A stretch of 64,000 nucleotides of DNA, from the NCBI GenBank assembly GCA_043228905.1, contig JBHGNT010000018.1:15872001-15936000 (forward strand). The letters run 5' to 3'. The stretch is from Azolla caroliniana. Taxonomy: Eukaryota > Plantae > Polypodiophyta. Every line of letters begins with the position of its first letter. Within the stretch, counting starts at the first letter, position 1. Shown here piece by piece: positions 59,238-64,000 of the stretch. Position numbers and translations under genes: made by a program. The notes under the pieces are model-generated. The model was given only the letters and a program-made list of their open reading frames with translations, was not told the origin of the DNA and ran no database searches.

Positions 59238-62028
59238 ATCCTCACCGTAACCGGCTGGTTCCTCGAGTGCTAACCGGTCTCTTGCCGGTTGGGTCTGATC
59301 ATCGTAGAATCGATCCTTACCGGTCGACTCGGAGTTCATTATCTTCTTCTCCGACTCCCAGTCGGCGAGCGTCTTGTCCTCCATGAAGATAATATCTCGA
59401 CTCGGGAATACCTTCTTGTCGACCAGGTCCCAAACTCGGTAGCCGAACTCATCGTTGTCGTAACCGAGGAATATGCATGGCCAGGTCTTTGGATCTAACT
59501 TTCCTCTCCCGTCCTTAGCTACATGCACGTACGCGAGACACCCGAATACCTTCAGATGCCGGTAGGACACATCCTCACCGGTCCATACTCTCTGTGACGT
59601 GTCTCCGTCCAAGGGTACTGAGGGTGATCTGTTTATCACATATGTCTCCGTCGACAGTGCCTCAGCCCAAAATTTCTTGGGTAGTTTTGCATGCGCTAGC
59701 ATACTCCGGACCCTCTCCATTATGGTCTGGTTCAGCCTCTCGGCTAGCCTGTTTAGTTCCGGCGTCTTTGGCACGGTAAATTCGAGCCGGATTCCCTTCG
59801 AGCGACAGTACTCCTCGAACTACCCCCAGTATTCACCTCCGTTATCTGCTCGAACCGCCTTCAGCTTCCGGCCGGTTTCTCTTTCCACTCTCGCGTGGAG
59901 CTCTTTGAAGACGGATAACACCTGATCTTTCGTCTTCAACGGTGTGGCCCACAGCTTCCAGTTGTGGTCATCTATGAACGTCACGAAGTACTGCGCTCCG
60001 GTATGTGACTTCGTGTCTACCTAACACACATCCGTATGCACCAACTCTAGTGGTGCAATACGTCTCATCGGTGGCCTTGGTCGGAAGGAGGTCCGGTTCT
60101 GCTTACCGGCCAGACAATCAGTGCACTTCTCTAAGTGCACGTTCTTCACTGGAATGAGGTTGTTGTCTGCAAGCCTCTTCATCCCCTTCTCACTCATGTG
60201 ACACAGCCTCTTGTGCCACAGCTCACCGGCTGTGTCGGATGCCACGTTCACTTCCTCCAGACATAACCGGGCATTCATCATGTACAGTGTGTTTACCTTC
60301 TGGGCCCGAGCCACAATTAGGCTCCCTTTGCTGAACTTCATGACACCATTTCAGATGCTACCCGTGTAGCCTTCATCATCTAGCCGACCGGCTGATATCA
60401 GGTTCAGACGAACCTCCAGAACGTGTCGGACATCCTTCAGCAGCAGCTTGCATCCGGTTGGTGTTGTCAGCCACACGTCTCCTATGCCAACAATTCGGCA
60501 TGTTCCTTTATTCCCCATCCAGACACAGCCGTGATCACCGGCTGAGTAGGATAAGAAGCATTTCCGGTCCGGGGTAAGGTGGAACAACACTCCGGAGTCT
60601 ACCACCCATGTCATCTCGTCGCCGGCAAGGTTTATCTCACTCTCCTCGGTGATGAGCATCAACTCTTCTTCACTTGCCACGATTGCCGTCGTCCCCTTCC
60701 GGTCCGTTCCCCTCCGGTCTGTACCGTTCCGGTCCGGTATCCGCTTTGAATCGGTAGCATCGGTTTCCTTGTCCTTTCGGAAATGCCGACAGTTCTTCTG
60801 GAAGTGTCCCGGCTTGCCGCAATAGAAGCAAGTAGGCCTCCCCCTTGACTTTGACCGTGTCCCCGACTTTTCCCAGTTCTGGGGACTACGGTTTCTATGT
60901 CTTCCGCGTTCCGATTCGGTAAGGAACGCTTTGGAGTCGGAGCTCATATCCTTATCTTTCCGATGCGCCTCCTCATCTAGCAAGCTCGACTTCACTCTTG
61001 CTAGGGATAACCGTTTTCCTTCCGGCCCGGCGTTGCCCAAGGTGACAACCAACGTCTCCCAGCTATCTAGGACGGAACCGAGCAGGAGTAGTGCTAGTAC
61101 CACGTCGGCGAGAGGTACTTCCAATGATGTTGCCTAGTGGATCAGCCCCTGGAAGGCATTCATGTGCTGCGCCATGCTTGAGCCATCTTGGTACCGGAGT
61201 CTTACTAGCTTCCGGAATACCGAAACCTGATTAACAGCATTCTTGTTTTGAAACATAATGTCGATCTTCTCCTAGAGCTCATGAGCCTTGCTCTCTTCAT
61301 TGAAGTTGTTGTATAGGCTCATGTTGATGAAGCACCGTATGTAAGCCGTTTTCTTCATGTGCATCACCTCCCATATCGTGGCGTCGATTTTGTCCGGTCT
61401 CTTGTCCCCAAACTGAACCGGCAACCAAAGATCTTTAACCACGAGCATGTCCCTCATCTTCGACTTCCATACCGAATAGTTGGAGCCGGTGAGTTTGAAC
61501 ATGCCTCCCAACGAATCGTCCATTTTTTGTGTCGTTTTGCTCTGATACCACTTGACGTGAACTACACGTTCCTTATGCGCAACGCTCGGCCACAACCGAG
61601 CTTAGAATCATACACAAAAAAACGGTGAAAGAATGCACGACCCGAAGAAGAGAAGAGTACGCAGGATGTTTACGTGGAAAACCCAATCTAAGGGGAAAAC
61701 CACAGCAACCCACATGCTGCAAACTATCACTATGTTAGAATGTACAACAATGAGTTCACGGAGGCAACGACCTCGTGCTCACGATCCTCGCCACAGGCGG
61801 CGGTTACAACAGAGGCAACGACGTCTTTCTCTCTCTCTCTCTCTCTGTACACAGTTACGCGCTCACTCTCTCCTTGCACCAACAAGAATGACATCAACTC
61901 TACGCACAAAAAAGGTTTACCCTAAGTCATATTTATACTAATATGACTTTTTAGCTATTTACAAATATAGCCACGATGGGCTCTCAGATACATATTTACG
62001 AATATGTCTCTTCATCCGGTGAGCACTC

Positions 62029-62190
62029 CTCACCGGGTCTGCACCATCCGGCTCTCCGTAGTCGGGTACTCCTCATTCGGTTCTCACCGGGTCTGCACCA
62101 TCCGGCTCTCCGAAGCCGGGTACTCCTCATCCGGTTCTCACCGGGTCTGCACCATCCGGCTCTCCGAAGCCAGGTACTCCTTATCCGGTT
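62029..62190 (-). repeat. 54-bp U3 array, 3 units (C2 5' LTR)
   Basis: Reverse complement of the family C unit. Confidence 0.9.
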
Positions 62191-63321
62191 TGCTCATCAG
62201 CATTGTTCTTCTCCCTTCCCATCCGGAGGGACCAATTTCCTAACACCGACTTCAGACCAGCCTGCGCTGAGAAGCGGTTCCGACAAATTGTCGGAAGCCT
62301 TATATATTTAACAATCACCCGACTCGACATCAGTTATCCGGTCGGCGTGATCAGCCAATATATGCAGAAGCCCACCGTGGAGCACCTTCTGTGCGCGCAT
62401 CGAATTTTGCGATATGTGAGCGGCACGAAGGACCGGGGACTGTTATACCGGCATGGTATAACCGAAGAGCTAGTCAGCTACACCAATGCCGACTGGGCCG
62501 GCGATGCATCGGATCGCCGATTCACCTCCGGCTATATGTTTTCCCTTGGTAGCGCGGTTGTTGCGTGGAGCAGCAAAAAACAGCCAACAGTGGCCCTTTC
62601 GAGCAGTGAGGCTGAATACCAGGGCGCTATCGTTGCCACCTGTGAAGCCATTTGGCTTCAACGGCTGTTGCAAGACCTGCGGATCGAGGTGTCGACCCCG
62701 ATCCTGATCTAGTATGACAACATCAGCAGCATGCAGCTCACCAAGAACCTCGTATTCCATGCTTGCACAAAGCACATAGAAGTGCACTACCACTTCGTGT
62801 GTGAGCATGTCCTGAGCGGTGAAGTCGAACTTCGGTATGTTCATATGGATCGGCAAGTTGCCGACATCTTCACCAAACCACTCGGATCGGACAAGTTGCA
62901 ACACTTCACTGAAATGCTTGGTGTTCAGCATCTCGACGTGCCACACTTGAGGGGGAGAACGGGCAAAGACACTAGAACGGGCAAAGGCAAAGAAATTGTT
63001 GATTGCGCCGATGAGGGAAGAACCGACAAAAGGGGAGACAAGAAGAAGAAAGGAGCTAAGTCGACAAAGGAAGTTGACACATCCAAACAAGACGGAACAA
63101 GCGGCAGCAGCGGCAGAGTCAAGAAGGACAGAGCCGACCAGAAGAAGAAGGCCAAGACTCGGACATGGTCCGATGTGGTGAAGGGCCTGGAACCGGAAGA
63201 CGAATCGGGAGCGACCGATTCGGACAAGAGCTGGAACGAATCGAAGACAGTTGATTCGGTTCAACAGACGGATTCGGAAGAACCAGACAGTTGTTCTACT
63301 CTTTCTTTGTCTCTCCTGCGT

Positions 63322-64000
63322 TGTCGAGGTATTCCTCGCGGATGCATGGAATGAGGCGGGACCTCGGGGGTCTTGTACTGAAGGGCAAGAGAGAAAGGAG
63401 AAGGGAGGGGACCCACTACGTGCGAGCGTAGATTCACAGGGACACGGCCCTTCGACACAAAGACGCGAGTGCGACACCGACACAGAGAGACACGAATGTA
63501 TGTAAATATATATATTAACAAGACAAACGACAAGAAGCACGAAGTCGGTTACAACCGAACAGGCCGGCGAACAGATGCTGATGCCTGTTCGTAAACGCAC
63601 AGAAAGAAAAGAGTAGGTTGGAGGTGCTGCCGGAAGCACTCGGGCATTCCTCAGAGCAGCGCGAGCCTCCCGAAACCTACACAGAAAGAAGCCACAGAGC
63701 TTGGGGGAGAGAGAGAGAAGCCTTCGCCCACAAACCGACAGCACTTCGTCCTCTTCTATCCGCCATTCCCCCTTTTCCCCCCTCTCGTCTCCCTCCTCTT
63801 ATAGGCAAGGAAGGAGCCGTTTCCCATTAACTTCCTACCTACTGAATCTACCTACCTAGGATCTTCTTTGTACCTAATTCTCTCTTATGTACAATATAAG
63901 GCGTACGTGCATGAAGAGCCGGTTCCTACGCTCCGGTGTACCGATTCTGCTTGTAGACGGTTTTCTTCACGACATCCGCCCCCACCTAACCGCGCATCCT
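63322..64000 (-). repeat. Probable LTR of another element, running off the window end
   Basis: Begins TGTCGAGG (minus-strand end ..CCTCGACA). Minus-strand CCTATAAGA at ~63798-63806 is followed by CT-rich U5-like sequence. Confidence 0.5.

Larger units (their letters stand above)
51269..62245 (-). mobile_element. Copia element C2 (LTRs 51269-52017 and 61553-62245), TSD C(C/T)GAC, carrying nested C3
   Basis: PBS at 61539-61550. PPT at 52018-52032. Flanks CTGAC/CCGAC. gag-pol ORFs on the minus strand, with an RT deletion near 52940. Confidence 0.95.
48135..63290 (+). mobile_element. Copia family E host element (gag 3' half, PR, IN, RT at 48135-51268; RT end, RH and C-terminal extension at 62246-~63290), interrupted by C2
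   Basis: WYVDSGASNHM, EQNGVAKRKNR, LYVDDLVI, YTNADWAGD, TKHIEVHYHF. RT sequence is continuous across the C2 TSD. Confidence 0.88.

Noticed and set aside
62470-63744. 424-aa minus-strand ORF
   Set aside because: It is antisense to copia RNase H and crosses an element boundary into an LTR. It is low-complexity and has no domain motifs.
1-64000. Host protein-coding, rRNA or prokaryotic genes
   Set aside because: Every long ORF maps to retroelement domains or their shadows. I saw no exon-like host sequence or rRNA signature.

Overview
This window has no recognisable host gene. It is an almost continuous nest of LTR retrotransposons. The mix of Tcn1/Tf2-like chromoviruses, non-chromovirus Ty3/gypsy and several Ty1/copia families suggests a large non-seed-plant (fern-like) genome, which is an inference. 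From TG..CA ends, PBS/PPT and target-site duplications (TSDs) I could reconstruct about 17 insertions: Tnt1/Tork-like copia families (called A, C, D here), another copia family (E), an Ale-like copia, two chromovirus families (CV1, CV2), three other gypsy elements (G1, G2, T), a solo LTR, and a small island of DNA-transposon debris. Two inversions (about 3781-19018 and 38271-39825) explain the orphan half-elements. Most ORFs are broken by TGG/CAG/CGA-to-stop transitions, as expected from methylation-driven decay. The most unusual signals concern priming and promoters. (1) Gypsy element T (24987-34012) has no polypurine tract next to its 3' LTR. In its place is the reverse complement of its own tRNA-Arg-type PBS, ending in CCA, which suggests tRNA-primed or self-primed plus-strand synthesis. 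(2) Both chromovirus families carry a tRNA-like Pol III A-box/B-box cassette with exact tRNA spacing, antisense at the U3 edge of the LTR. (3) CV2 has a Tf1-style self-priming PBS. All coordinates were read by eye and may be off by a few bases.
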